IMG/VR virus record: IMGVR_UViG_3300035497_000275
Span: 1-64,000 of that record
Source: a virus
Taxonomy: Duplodnaviria > Heunggongvirae > Uroviricota > Caudoviricetes
DNA length: 64,000 nucleotides
Strand: one strand, 5' to 3'
Made by a program: the position numbers and the translations under genes. The notes beneath the pieces are model-generated. The model searched no databases, had not been told where the DNA came from, and worked only from the letters and a program-made list of their open reading frames with translations. Positions 55,308 through 63,340 of this stretch are shown here, one piece after another (positions within the stretch are counted from its first letter, which is position 1; each line of letters starts with the position of its first letter).

Positions 55308-58300
55308 ATGCTTGAAAGCGGAGTTCGTATTCCGTCATTAGACGGTAAAGATATTTTTATTTCAAATCATTATCTTAAAAAGAATGAAGTCGGATATAAA
55401 TTGCGGAATCAGAACGGTGACTTGAATCTTTCTCGTTTTATTAACACGTTGGATTATAGTTTGGATTTGATTAAAATGCAGGAGGTTTATGCTTCTGTAT
55501 ATAAGCAAAACGATTTTTCATTTCATAAAAATGGAAAGGATTACACGCAGCGAGTTATCAATGTTACATTCAAATATAGCAATAAATTATTTAACCGTGT
55601 AAGAAATAATTTGTATGTGAAATTTGGTTATGCTGTTGATGATCTTGTCTTTGAAGATTGTGTAGCTTTCCATAACGGAGAACTTGTCGGTATTCAGGTT
55701 GGTGAAGATGTAAAATCACCTCTTGATAAAGAAAAAATTGATAAGTGCTTCTATTTTGAAAATGGTACATATCAAGTTAAAGCAAATATTCCAATTTTGA
55801 ATGGCGTTGCTGATATCCGTTCTCAGATTTATCAGGATGGGTTTTACTGTGATGGAATCCATTTTGTGCGGTTCAAGAGAAGTTCCGGGTCAAGTCGTGT
55901 TGGTAAATGTCTGTTCATTGATGAACGGTTATATGATCAGATGCACGAATGGGAAATGTGTGGCATTGAAGTCAAGCACGGGCAGGACATTGACCTTGCC
56001 GCACTGGAGCCGTATATTGCACTGACACTTAGCAGTATTGTTGGGACAATTCAGATTCGGCCTGAAAACATTCTTGTTATTGATGACTATTCCAGCGTTT
56101 TCAAAGAACGAGCAGTTGCGACACGGTTGGTAGATGGCAGACTGGTTTCAAAACCAGAGGATGTAGAAATTTCAAATAGTATTTGGGATGGGCAGTCCTT
56201 AATGGATAAAAGTCTGTTTGGCGAGTATAAACAATGGGGTATGCTTCTGCTTCGGGCAAGGTTTTTCAAGTCCTGCTGTTTTAATGCCAATATTCAGGAG
56301 TGGTTTCGTGATAATGGTATTACAGAAGTTAGTCAGTTGAATGGGCGTACTCAGGCAAAACGAATTGAAGATGTAAAACTGATTACTACACCGAGTTCTA
56401 TCAAATATTTGAAGTTTGGAAATCTGGATACTTGGCTGAATACTTTGGAAACTACTTTTGGTGTTGTGAAGCATGAAAAGCCGACACATTTCTTTGATGG
56501 GCGCATGGTACAGACACACTATCAACTTCTGAACACATTGCAGATGGCTTATCAGGAAGTTGAACAGCTTGTGCAACCTTCATTGGATTTTGCAAAGATG
56601 GTCAAAACTGATCCGGCAGCACTGAGATATCAGATCAGTTATCAATATCATTCTCCAGATGATACATTCTACACAAAGGCAGTTACATCAAAGAATGATA
56701 TTATTTATCGGCTTTTAAGTATCAACGATAAATTTGCTGAAACAAAGATGTATCGGCAATTCTGTAATGATTTGATTAAATCTTTTATCAAGAATTTGCG
56801 TTGCGGACATATTCTTGTACATGGAAATTACAGTACACTTTGCGGAAATTCTATTGAAATGTTGAAACAGGCCATTGGAACTTTTGATGGAACTTCTGTG
56901 ATAGAAATTAATACGGTTCATAGCACAAAGTTTGAAAATGGTAAAGAGTTGCTTGGTTCACGCAGCCCACACGTTACGGTTGGCAATGTGCTTGTGACAA
57001 CGAATGTATGGCATGATGAAATCACGAAGTATATGAATTCAACGCCAGAAATTGTCTATATTAACAGCATTGGGGAAAACATACTGGAACGTCTGTCTGG
57101 AGCAGATTTTGACAGTGATACAATGCTATTGACAGATAACGAGATTTTAGTGACGGCGGCGAAACGGAACTATCAGAACTTCCCTGTTCCTACAAAACTG
57201 GTTGAATCCGCAAAGCGAAAGAGGAAATATACCAATGAGGAAAAGGCTGATCTTGATGTAAAGACCAGTGTGAACAAAATTGGAGAAATTATTAATCTTT
57301 CGCAGGAGTTGAATTCGATTCTTTGGGATCGGTTGAACAGCGGTGAATCAGTTTCCGATGTAATGGATTTGTATTGTGATATTTCTCAGTTGGATGTTAT
57401 GTCTAATTTGGAGATTGATTCTGCAAAGCGAGAGAATCCAGCAAATAATACATATGAACTGCAATGTTTAAAGAAAAAGTATGATGTGCGTGATAAGAAG
57501 AACCGTCATGTGCGTCCACTGTTCTTTAAGTATATTGATGGATATAAGGGTTATCGTGATGATTATTACTTGTATTCTGATCAAGATGATGATATTCAGA
57601 AAATTGCAAGGTTAGAAAAATCAACTGAAGCATATAAGTTCAAATCAGATTATGAAGCAAAAAGCAAAGAAAGTGGAAATGAAGTTAAAGTAATTGTTGA
57701 GCGTGGAAGAATGTCTTATCGTTCACACAAGACTTCAATGGATTATTTGCAACATTGTATTGATAAGAATTTTTCTATGCCAAGGAAACAGTCAACAAAA
57801 TTATTGTCTGATATACTGACTTGTCCTGATGATTCACCAGAAGAAATCAATCTTGAATTGGAAGAACAAACTTTGTGTCTTATAAAAGATACGAAGGCAA
57901 AAATCAATGGTGTGTGGAATAGTGATGAATTTTCAAGTAGAGAAAAGCGTGAACTGGCGCAAGAAACAAGAGTTGAATGTATCCAAGAAATGACTAATAT
58001 AGATTTTAACCAGTCCACTTTATATCATTTTCTTTGTCGGGTTGAACAAGAAGATATTCAGAAAAATAATGACAATGGAGAAGATCGTTATTTGAGATTC
58101 TTATTTTATCTGATGATGGATGAACAGAATTGGAAAATGAGGTCTGCAATTGGAAGATTAATTTTTAGAAGTAAAACAAAAGTTTATGAACTTGTAGAAT
58201 CAGATGATGGTGATATTCTAATTTATAATTTTAAGTATAGGAGGGTTGAAAACGGTATGCCATATGAAAGTTCAGATGAAATGAAAAATATCGTGAATTC

Positions 58301-58475
58301 ATTTCTATCAGAATACGGACTTAAAACTTTGTGGTTTGCAAATAAGATCGGAATTGACAAAATCAAATTGAGCCGTTTTTTGTCAGGTCAACGTCCAATC
58401 AATGATACTGAGCAATTGAAGAAAATGTATTTGTTCATTGATGATTATAAAGAGAGAATGAGCGGTTTGATGTGA
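55308..58475 (+). CDS. large protein, candidate single-subunit DPBB-type RNA polymerase (YonO / beta-prime-like)
   Basis: 1055 aa. ADFDSDTM at 57102..57125 closely resembles the universal beta-prime Mg-binding motif NADFDGDQM. No polB/polA/primase motif set. GGGAGGG RBS. Confidence 0.4.
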   Translation: MLESGVRIPSLDGKDIFISNHYLKKNEVGYKLRNQNGDLNLSRFINTLDYSLDLIKMQEVYASVYKQNDFSFHKNGKDYTQRVINVTFKYSNKLFNRVRNNLYVKFGYAVDDLVFEDCVAFHNGELVGIQVGEDVKSPLDKEKIDKCFYFENGTYQVKANIPILNGVADIRSQIYQDGFYCDGIHFVRFKRSSGSSRVGKCLFIDERLYDQMHEWEMCGIEVKHGQDIDLAALEPYIALTLSSIVGTIQIRPENILVIDDYSSVFKERAVATRLVDGRLVSKPEDVEISNSIWDGQSLMDKSLFGEYKQWGMLLLRARFFKSCCFNANIQEWFRDNGITEVSQLNGRTQAKRIEDVKLITTPSSIKYLKFGNLDTWLNTLETTFGVVKHEKPTHFFDGRMVQTHYQLLNTLQMAYQEVEQLVQPSLDFAKMVKTDPAALRYQISYQYHSPDDTFYTKAVTSKNDIIYRLLSINDKFAETKMYRQFCNDLIKSFIKNLRCGHILVHGNYSTLCGNSIEMLKQAIGTFDGTSVIEINTVHSTKFENGKELLGSRSPHVTVGNVLVTTNVWHDEITKYMNSTPEIVYINSIGENILERLSGADFDSDTMLLTDNEILVTAAKRNYQNFPVPTKLVESAKRKRKYTNEEKADLDVKTSVNKIGEIINLSQELNSILWDRLNSGESVSDVMDLYCDISQLDVMSNLEIDSAKRENPANNTYELQCLKKKYDVRDKKNRHVRPLFFKYIDGYKGYRDDYYLYSDQDDDIQKIARLEKSTEAYKFKSDYEAKSKESGNEVKVIVERGRMSYRSHKTSMDYLQHCIDKNFSMPRKQSTKLLSDILTCPDDSPEEINLELEEQTLCLIKDTKAKINGVWNSDEFSSREKRELAQETRVECIQEMTNIDFNQSTLYHFLCRVEQEDIQKNNDNGEDRYLRFLFYLMMDEQNWKMRSAIGRLIFRSKTKVYELVESDDGDILIYNFKYRRVENGMPYESSDEMKNIVNSFLSEYGLKTLWFANKIGIDKIKLSRFLSGQRPINDTEQLKKMYLFIDDYKERMSGLM

Positions 58476-58510
58476 CTTGGCAATAAAAATTGCCAAACAA
58501 AAAATAAAAC

Positions 58511-58537
58511 AGTCTGATTTTCAGACATTTTCATCTT
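58511..58537 (+). terminator. putative rho-independent terminator
   Basis: AGTCTGA-ttt-TCAGAC hairpin followed by ATTTTCATCTT. Preceded by a second hairpin, TTGGCAAT-aaaa-ATTGCCAA, at 58477..58496 just after the stop codon. Confidence 0.4.
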
Positions 58538-58628
58538 CGCTAAGTGAGTCTAAGGGTAAGACAACGAAAACGCTGAAAAATCAGTGTTTTCGCTGCCTCC
58601 CAAATTGAATGAAAAGGAATGAATATAT

Positions 58629-58847
58629 TTGATTAGTATTACTAAGCCTGAGTCCGAAAAGATTCGTGAAGTATTCCCTCGTGCGGAAATCGTGCGAACT
58701 TGTATTCAAAAGAGCAAGCGTCACCACTACTATCTGCCAGAGAACGAGAAGTATTTGCGTCTGATCGTGGACAGCAATCATGCGGCTGCTTCTATCTGCC
58801 AGCAGATCGACAAGGAACGTGAGCGCAAGCGTAAGTATCGTGGTTAA
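58629..58847 (+). CDS. hypothetical small basic protein
   Basis: 72 aa, TTG start. Confidence 0.3.
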   Translation: MISITKPESEKIREVFPRAEIVRTCIQKSKRHHYYLPENEKYLRLIVDSNHAAASICQQIDKERERKRKYRG

Positions 58848-58861
58848 TGGAGGTGGACAAT

Positions 58862-59494
58862 ATGAGAAAGACTGATTTTTACGATATTGACTTTAATGAG
58901 GCCGAAGTTGTGAAAACTTGGGGGGTCGATGAGATTTTCTATCTGCGTAATTTGCAGGATAGGAAACTGTTTCTCAGTGATGAGATTGATGAAATGGTTA
59001 TCGACAATATTGTTCGCCATATTTTACAGTATAATGCCGATGATAAGGGCAAGCCTGTGGAAGATCGCAAGCCAATTCTTCTGTATGTTTCCTCCAATGG
59101 CGGCAGTGTTGATCCCGGTTTTGAATTGATTGATGTGATTCTTCAGAGTAAGACACCTGTGTACACAGTGAATATTGGGTATCAGTATTCAATGGGATTT
59201 TTGATTGGCCTTGCTGGTCATAAGCGGTTTGCGTCTAAGACTGCAAAGTTTTTGATGCACGATGGTTCCAACTTTGTGTTTAATTCTGGTGCAAAGGCGC
59301 AAGACCAGATGGAGTTCAATAAGCGTATTGAGGAACGCATTAAGCAATATGTATTGTCAAGAAGTAAGATTTCAGCAGATGAGTATGATAGTAAACTGCG
59401 TGTTGAATGGTACTTATTTGCGGATGAAGCAAAGGAGAAAGGTTTCTGCGATTTGATCATTGGTGAAGATTGCAGTCTTGACGATATTGTGTAA
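58862..59494 (+). CDS. ClpP-family serine protease (possible prohead protease)
   Basis: LYVSSNGGSV and TVNIGYQYSMGFLIGLAG (Ser in a GxSMG-like context). ATG at 58862 with GGAGGTGG RBS. Confidence 0.55.
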   Translation: MRKTDFYDIDFNEAEVVKTWGVDEIFYLRNLQDRKLFLSDEIDEMVIDNIVRHILQYNADDKGKPVEDRKPILLYVSSNGGSVDPGFELIDVILQSKTPVYTVNIGYQYSMGFLIGLAGHKRFASKTAKFLMHDGSNFVFNSGAKAQDQMEFNKRIEERIKQYVLSRSKISADEYDSKLRVEWYLFADEAKEKGFCDLIIGEDCSLDDIV

Positions 59495-59510
59495 AAAGGG
59501 AGAATCATAT

Positions 59511-60338
59511 ATGGTTGAATACCGAGGATTTCAGGAAATCAGTACGGACGATGTTAGACTGGCGGACTTTTATCGTGACTTAACGGTAAATACTTTTCAG
59601 TGTTTACAAAATGAATATGTTCTGATTCAAGACCAGACTGGCGTGATTCATGACTTTTATCGCTGGAATGGAACAGAATATGTTCTTGTACCCTATAAGA
59701 TCATTAAGAATGACTATATGGGTGATGTGAAGCCGAGAAATCCGCAACAGCGAATTGCAGTTGATATGCTTTATAACGATGATATTACTGTTAAGATTTT
59801 GTCTGGTTGCTTTGGTTCTGGTAAGGATTATTTGATGGCGGCAGCGGCACTTGATCTGGTATTTCAGGGTAAATACGATAGGATCATGTGGGTTCGGAAT
59901 AATGTTGAAGTGAAGAATTCAAAGCCGCTTGGATTTTTGCCGGGTGATGCTTTTGATAAACTGCTTCCATTTGCTATGCCGCTGGCAGATCATGTTGGTG
60001 GTCGTGAAGGACTGGAGCGTTTAATTAGCAGCGGACAGATTGAGGTAGAACATCTTGGGTTCATTCGTGGTCGTGATATTAAGCATACGATCATTATGTG
60101 TAGTGAATCTGAAAATATGACAAAGGAGCATATTCAGTTACTTCTTGGTCGTGTTGGCGAAGGGTCTGCCCTGTGGCTGAATGGTGATTATAAGCAGACA
60201 GATCACAAGGTATTTGCCGATAATAATGGACTGATGATTGCCGTAGATCGGCTCAAAGGTCATCCAAAGTTTGGATTTGTCAAACTGTTAAAGACTGAGC
60301 GAAGTGAAACCGCAGCAATGGCGGATTTACTTGATTAA
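59511..60338 (+). CDS. PhoH-like ATPase
   Basis: QQRIAVDMLYNDDITVKILSGCFGSGKDYLM (P-loop) plus CSESENMT; typical phage PhoH-family order. ATG at 59511 with AAAGGGAG RBS. Confidence 0.65.
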   Translation: MVEYRGFQEISTDDVRLADFYRDLTVNTFQCLQNEYVLIQDQTGVIHDFYRWNGTEYVLVPYKIIKNDYMGDVKPRNPQQRIAVDMLYNDDITVKILSGCFGSGKDYLMAAAALDLVFQGKYDRIMWVRNNVEVKNSKPLGFLPGDAFDKLLPFAMPLADHVGGREGLERLISSGQIEVEHLGFIRGRDIKHTIIMCSESENMTKEHIQLLLGRVGEGSALWLNGDYKQTDHKVFADNNGLMIAVDRLKGHPKFGFVKLLKTERSETAAMADLLD

Positions 60339-60372
60339 TCAAATAACTATATATACAAGAGAGGTACAAATT

Positions 60373-60558
60373 ATGATTAATAATTTTATGTGCGATAATT
60401 GCAGACATTACATGGTGTGTTCTAAGTTGAACACTCTGATGAAGTTTCATGAGACTGCAAAGAAGGATTTGATGATTACACTGAAGATGGAAGAGTGTAT
60501 GGATTACGAGGCCGATCCTGATGAAGATGCCGATGCGTCTGATGAGGATGTGGAGTAA
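60373..60558 (+). CDS. small Cys-containing protein with acidic tail
   Basis: 61 aa. CDNCRHYMVC. C-terminal DPDEDADASDEDVE. Confidence 0.3.
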   Translation: MINNFMCDNCRHYMVCSKLNTLMKFHETAKKDLMITLKMEECMDYEADPDEDADASDEDVE

Positions 60559-60630
60559 CCAGTAAGGAGGTAGATCGTTATAGAACAAGCAGATTTTTTA
60601 AGTCGGCAGTTCGATTTACTCTCTAATCGT

Positions 60631-61776
60631 TTGGATGATCCTTCTATTGAATGGCAAGATGTGGCGGATTTACGAGCGGAGTATTTCGGTGGGACAGAAC
60701 ACATTGATACGATTCGCAAGGGGTCTAAATTATTTTATGAGTATTTGAATGCGGGATGGATTAAAAATCCTGATGAAAGTTCAACGGCTACTTCTTTACA
60801 AATGACTCATCAAATAAGAGAATTACAAAAGGAACGTTATAAACTCCAAACAGAAAAGTTAGAGATTAATCGTTGGTTGCGTGAAAATGCTCGTGATGAA
60901 TTGATCGTTGAACATATTCGTCAGGCAGTTGATACGCTGGAGCCTTTGGTTATTCCTGAACCAATTATTCCAATCCATGATAATCGTGAATATTTGTTCT
61001 GTTTTGGTGATTGCCATTATGGAATCGAATTTGAAATCAATGATTTAGACGGGAATGTAATTAACGCATATAGTCCAGAGATTTTTGAAAATAGAATGTG
61101 GGATTTACTTTCTCAGATTCTTGAGATCGTTCAGGAACGTCATATTACTGAACTTAATGTGTGGGACTTGGGTGATAATATCCAAGGTATTCTGCGATTA
61201 AATTCACAGCTTATGAAATTACGTTACGGAATTATTGATTCAAGCCTTCGATATGCTGACTTTGTTGCTAATTGGCTTAATGAATTAAGCAAGAAAGTAA
61301 AGATTAGATTTCAGATGGTTGTTGATTCAAACCATAATCAGTTACGAATTTGTAATGCTCCAAAGAACGCATTCAAAGATGAAAACATGAGTAAGGTTAT
61401 TCTTTGCTACATGAAACAGAGATTAATTGATAATCCGAATGTAGAATTTGTTGAAAATCCTACTGGAATGGACTTTTCTGTTCTGTCTGATTTCGCAATT
61501 TTAGGTATTCATGGTGAAGTTAAGAATTTAGCTGAATCGTTATCAAAATATTCTATCGCATATAAACGATCAATTGATTACATAATTGGGGCGCATTGTC
61601 ATCATTTCACTAACACAGAAATTGGTCGTAAATGTGAATCAATTCAGATTAGAAGCATTATCGGCGTTGATCCATATGGGTTATCTCTTAATGCCACGTC
61701 AGATTCAGGTGCGTCCTTGCTGTGTTTTGAGCAAGGTAAGGGACTTATATGTGATTATAAGTTGATTTTGAATTGA
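60631..61776 (+). CDS. calcineurin-like metallophosphoesterase
   Basis: 381 aa. FCFGDCHYG, DLGDNIQG, SNHN, GIHGEV, GAHCHH give the GDxHG / GDxxD / GNH / GH.H motif set. TTG start; the ORF is open upstream to 60574. Confidence 0.7.
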   Translation: MDDPSIEWQDVADLRAEYFGGTEHIDTIRKGSKLFYEYLNAGWIKNPDESSTATSLQMTHQIRELQKERYKLQTEKLEINRWLRENARDELIVEHIRQAVDTLEPLVIPEPIIPIHDNREYLFCFGDCHYGIEFEINDLDGNVINAYSPEIFENRMWDLLSQILEIVQERHITELNVWDLGDNIQGILRLNSQLMKLRYGIIDSSLRYADFVANWLNELSKKVKIRFQMVVDSNHNQLRICNAPKNAFKDENMSKVILCYMKQRLIDNPNVEFVENPTGMDFSVLSDFAILGIHGEVKNLAESLSKYSIAYKRSIDYIIGAHCHHFTNTEIGRKCESIQIRSIIGVDPYGLSLNATSDSGASLLCFEQGKGLICDYKLILN

Positions 61777-61785
61777 GGTGGTGCA

Positions 61786-62061
61786 ATGAATCGAAAGGAA
61801 TTGATTGCCGATATTGCTGCACGAACAGATTTCAGTAAAAAGGATGTGACTGAGATTCTTGACGCATATGAAAAGTCTATTATTGATGCTTTACGGCGTG
61901 GGGAGAATGTTCAGTTACATGGGTTTATGAATATTGAGCATGGTGTTCGTAAAGGCCATAAGGGACGTGATTTCAATAAGGGCGTTATGATTGATATTCA
62001 GGATCAGCCGATTATTAAAGTTCGTCCGGGGACAATGTTGGCGGCGTGTTTAGAAACATAA
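61786..62061 (+). CDS. HU/IHF-family DNA-binding protein
   Basis: 91 aa. MNRKELIADIAARTDFSKKDVTEILDA...RPGTMLA, a typical HU fold sequence. Confidence 0.8.
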   Translation: MNRKELIADIAARTDFSKKDVTEILDAYEKSIIDALRRGENVQLHGFMNIEHGVRKGHKGRDFNKGVMIDIQDQPIIKVRPGTMLAACLET

Positions 62062-62066
62062 TAATA

Positions 62067-62095
62067 AGGGGAGAGTAATCCTCTCCTCTATTTAT
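62067..62095 (+). terminator. rho-independent terminator
   Basis: AGGGGAGAG-taatc-CTCTCCTCT hairpin followed by ATTTAT. Confidence 0.5.
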
Positions 62096-62177
62096 GGGAA
62101 GGTAGCTTATCATGGTAAAGCATTTGACGAGCCAAAGCTGGTCAAAACGGTAATAGGTTCAAGTCCTGTCCTTCCAC
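62096..62177 (+). ncRNA. tRNA-like element with extended hairpin in place of the anticodon arm
   Basis: Acceptor GGGAAGG/CCTTCCA (6/7 bp), D-arm GCTT-ATCATGGTA-AAGC, T-arm ATAGG-TTCAAGT-CCTGT. The anticodon position is TTTGAC-G-AGC-CAAA-GCT-G-GTCAAA: a 9-bp helix with a G-G mismatch and a 4-nt loop. No CCA. Confidence 0.4.
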
Positions 62178-62209
62178 TCAAAAATTTTTAAAAACTTTTC
62201 TGAAAACCC

Positions 62210-62238
62210 TTGACAATAACCATATATTCAAGTATAAT
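62210..62238 (+). promoter_or_regulatory. consensus sigma-A promoter TTGACA-17-TATAAT driving the tRNA array
   Basis: TTGACA 62210..62215, spacer ATAACCATATATTCAAG (a variant of the 17-bp motif), TATAAT 62233..62238. Confidence 0.65.
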
Positions 62239-62301
62239 AGTCAATGTCAGGAGGCAATGAAACCTGATAATTCAAACGGTAGATAACCACATATACAATA
62301 T

Positions 62302-62376
62302 GGCGTGTTAGTCAAGTGGTTAAGACACCGCCCTTTCACGGCGGTAACACGAGTTCGAGTCTCGTACACGTCACCA
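62302..62376 (+). tRNA. tRNA-Glu (UUC)
   Basis: Acceptor GGCGTGT/ACACGTC, anticodon arm CCGCC-CTTTCAC-GGCGG, T-arm ACGAG-TTCGAGT-CTCGT, CCA encoded. 75 nt. Confidence 0.85.
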
Positions 62377-62520
62377 ATAGGGAACGGTTAATTAGAATAT
62401 CATAAACTCTTTGTTAGACGAAAGGGTTCGCTGCTCATGAGGCGTGTCTATATGATATTGTAAGTAAGGATTAACCAAGTAATAAGAGTTATGGAGTGGT
62501 TTTCTTATTACAAAAGACAA

Positions 62521-62594
62521 TGCGGAATATTGTAATGGTAGCATATTAGCCTCATAAGCTGATGATTCTGGTTCAATTCCAGATTCCGCAACCA
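62521..62594 (+). tRNA. tRNA-Met/Ile2 type (CAU), D-arm atypical
   Basis: Acceptor TGCGGAA/TTCCGCA, anticodon arm TTAGC-CTCATAA-GCTGA, T-arm TCTGG-TTCAATT-CCAGA, CCA. No clean 4-bp D-stem found by eye. Confidence 0.6.
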
Positions 62595-62597
62595 AAT

Positions 62598-62686
62598 GGA
62601 GTGTTGCCAGAGTTGGTAATGGGTCGGATTGCTAATCCGCAGCCAACGGAAACGTTGCGAAGGTTCAAATCCTTCACACTCCGCCA
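62598..62686 (+). tRNA. tRNA-Ser (GCU)
   Basis: Acceptor GGAGTGT/ACACTCC, anticodon loop TTGCTAA, long variable arm, T-arm AAGG-TTCAAAT-CCTT, CCA. 89 nt. Confidence 0.75.
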
Positions 62687-62694
62687 AAATATAT

Positions 62695-62770
62695 GCTGCT
62701 GTGGCGCAATAGGTAGCGCAACTGATTTGTAATCAGTAGGTTGCAGGTTCGATTCCTGTCAGCAGCTCCA
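62695..62770 (+). tRNA. tRNA-Thr (UGU)
   Basis: Acceptor GCTGCTG/CAGCAGC, D-arm GCGC-AATAGGTA-GCGC, anticodon arm ACTGA-TTTGTAA-TCAGT, CCA. 76 nt. Confidence 0.85.
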
Positions 62771-62773
62771 TAT

Positions 62774-62849
62774 GGGGACGTGGCGCAATTGGGAGCGCAT
62801 CTGATTTGCATTCAGAGGGTTGTGGGTTCGAGTCCCATCGTTTCCACCA
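62774..62849 (+). tRNA. tRNA-Ala (UGC)
   Basis: Acceptor GGGGACG with G3-U70, anticodon arm TCTGA-TTTGCAT-TCAGA, T-arm GTGGG-TTCGAGT-CCCAT, CCA. 76 nt. Confidence 0.85.
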
Positions 62850-62852
62850 TAT

Positions 62853-62939
62853 GCGGATGTGATGGAATTGGTAGACGTGCTTGACTCAAAATCAAGTGGT
62901 AGTGATACCGTGTGGGTTCGAGTCCCACCATCCGTACCA
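62853..62939 (+). tRNA. tRNA-Leu (CAA)
   Basis: Acceptor GCGGATG/CATCCGT, anticodon arm CTTGA-CTCAAAA-TCAAG, long variable arm, CCA. 87 nt. Confidence 0.85.
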
Positions 62940-63013
62940 ATATTCCCGTATTACAATGGTCTATGTATCTTTCCTATTGGCGAGAGCGGCTTGCAACGCA
63001 GCGGGAATTATAT

Positions 63014-63088
63014 AGGAGTGTAGTGTAACGGTCAGCATATCGGACTTTGACTCCGCTGGTAAAGGTTCAAATCCTTTCACTCCTGCCA
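63014..63088 (+). tRNA. tRNA-Gln (UUG)
   Basis: Acceptor AGGAGTG/CACTCCT, anticodon loop CTTTGAC, T-arm AAAGG-TTCAAAT-CCTTT, CCA. 75 nt. Confidence 0.75.
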
Positions 63089-63099
63089 TAATTAAATAT

Positions 63100-63187
63100 G
63101 GGGGTATAGCCGAACTGGTATAGGCAACAGACTTAAAATCTGTCGGTAGTGATACCATTGTGGATTCGAGTTCCACTACCCCTACCA
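63100..63187 (+). tRNA. tRNA-Leu (UAA)
   Basis: Acceptor GGGGGTA/TACCCCT, anticodon arm ACAGA-CTTAAAA-TCTGT, long variable arm, T-arm GTGGA-TTCGAGT-TCCAC, CCA. 88 nt. Confidence 0.85.
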
Positions 63188-63190
63188 TAT

Positions 63191-63264
63191 TGAGGGTATG
63201 GTGTAATGGTAACACGCTTGCCTTGGGAGCAAGAGTAGCAGTTCAAGTCTGATACCTTCAGCCA
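63191..63264 (+). tRNA. tRNA-Pro (UGG)
   Basis: Anticodon arm CTTGC-CTTGGGA-GCAAG perfect, D-stem GTGT/ACAC, T-loop TTCAAGT, ends ..ACCTTCAGCCA. Short variable arm; exact ends uncertain. Confidence 0.7.
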
Positions 63265-63267
63265 AAA

Positions 63268-63308
63268 GCGTCCTTACTGTATCGAAAGATTGCAGTAAGG
63301 GCGTTTTT
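63268..63308 (+). terminator. rho-independent terminator after the tRNA array
   Basis: GCGTCCTTACTG - 13-nt loop - CAGTAAGGGCGT stem followed by TTTTT. Confidence 0.6.
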
Positions 63309-63340
63309 ATATATTCAAATTTAAATAGTGAGGTGGCAGT

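Noticed and set aside
57060-57130. Family-B DNA polymerase reading of INSIGE...DFDSDT (as motif B NS.YG plus motif C DTDS)
   Set aside because: The two blocks are only about 15 residues apart and no DxxSLYPS motif A is present. The spacing does not fit polB, so the beta-prime-like DPBB reading is preferred.
62377-62520. Possible extra tRNA between tRNA-Glu and tRNA-Met
   Set aside because: It contains hairpins (TAATAAGAG..CTCTTATTA-like), but no T-loop or anticodon-arm geometry; no cloverleaf could be drawn.
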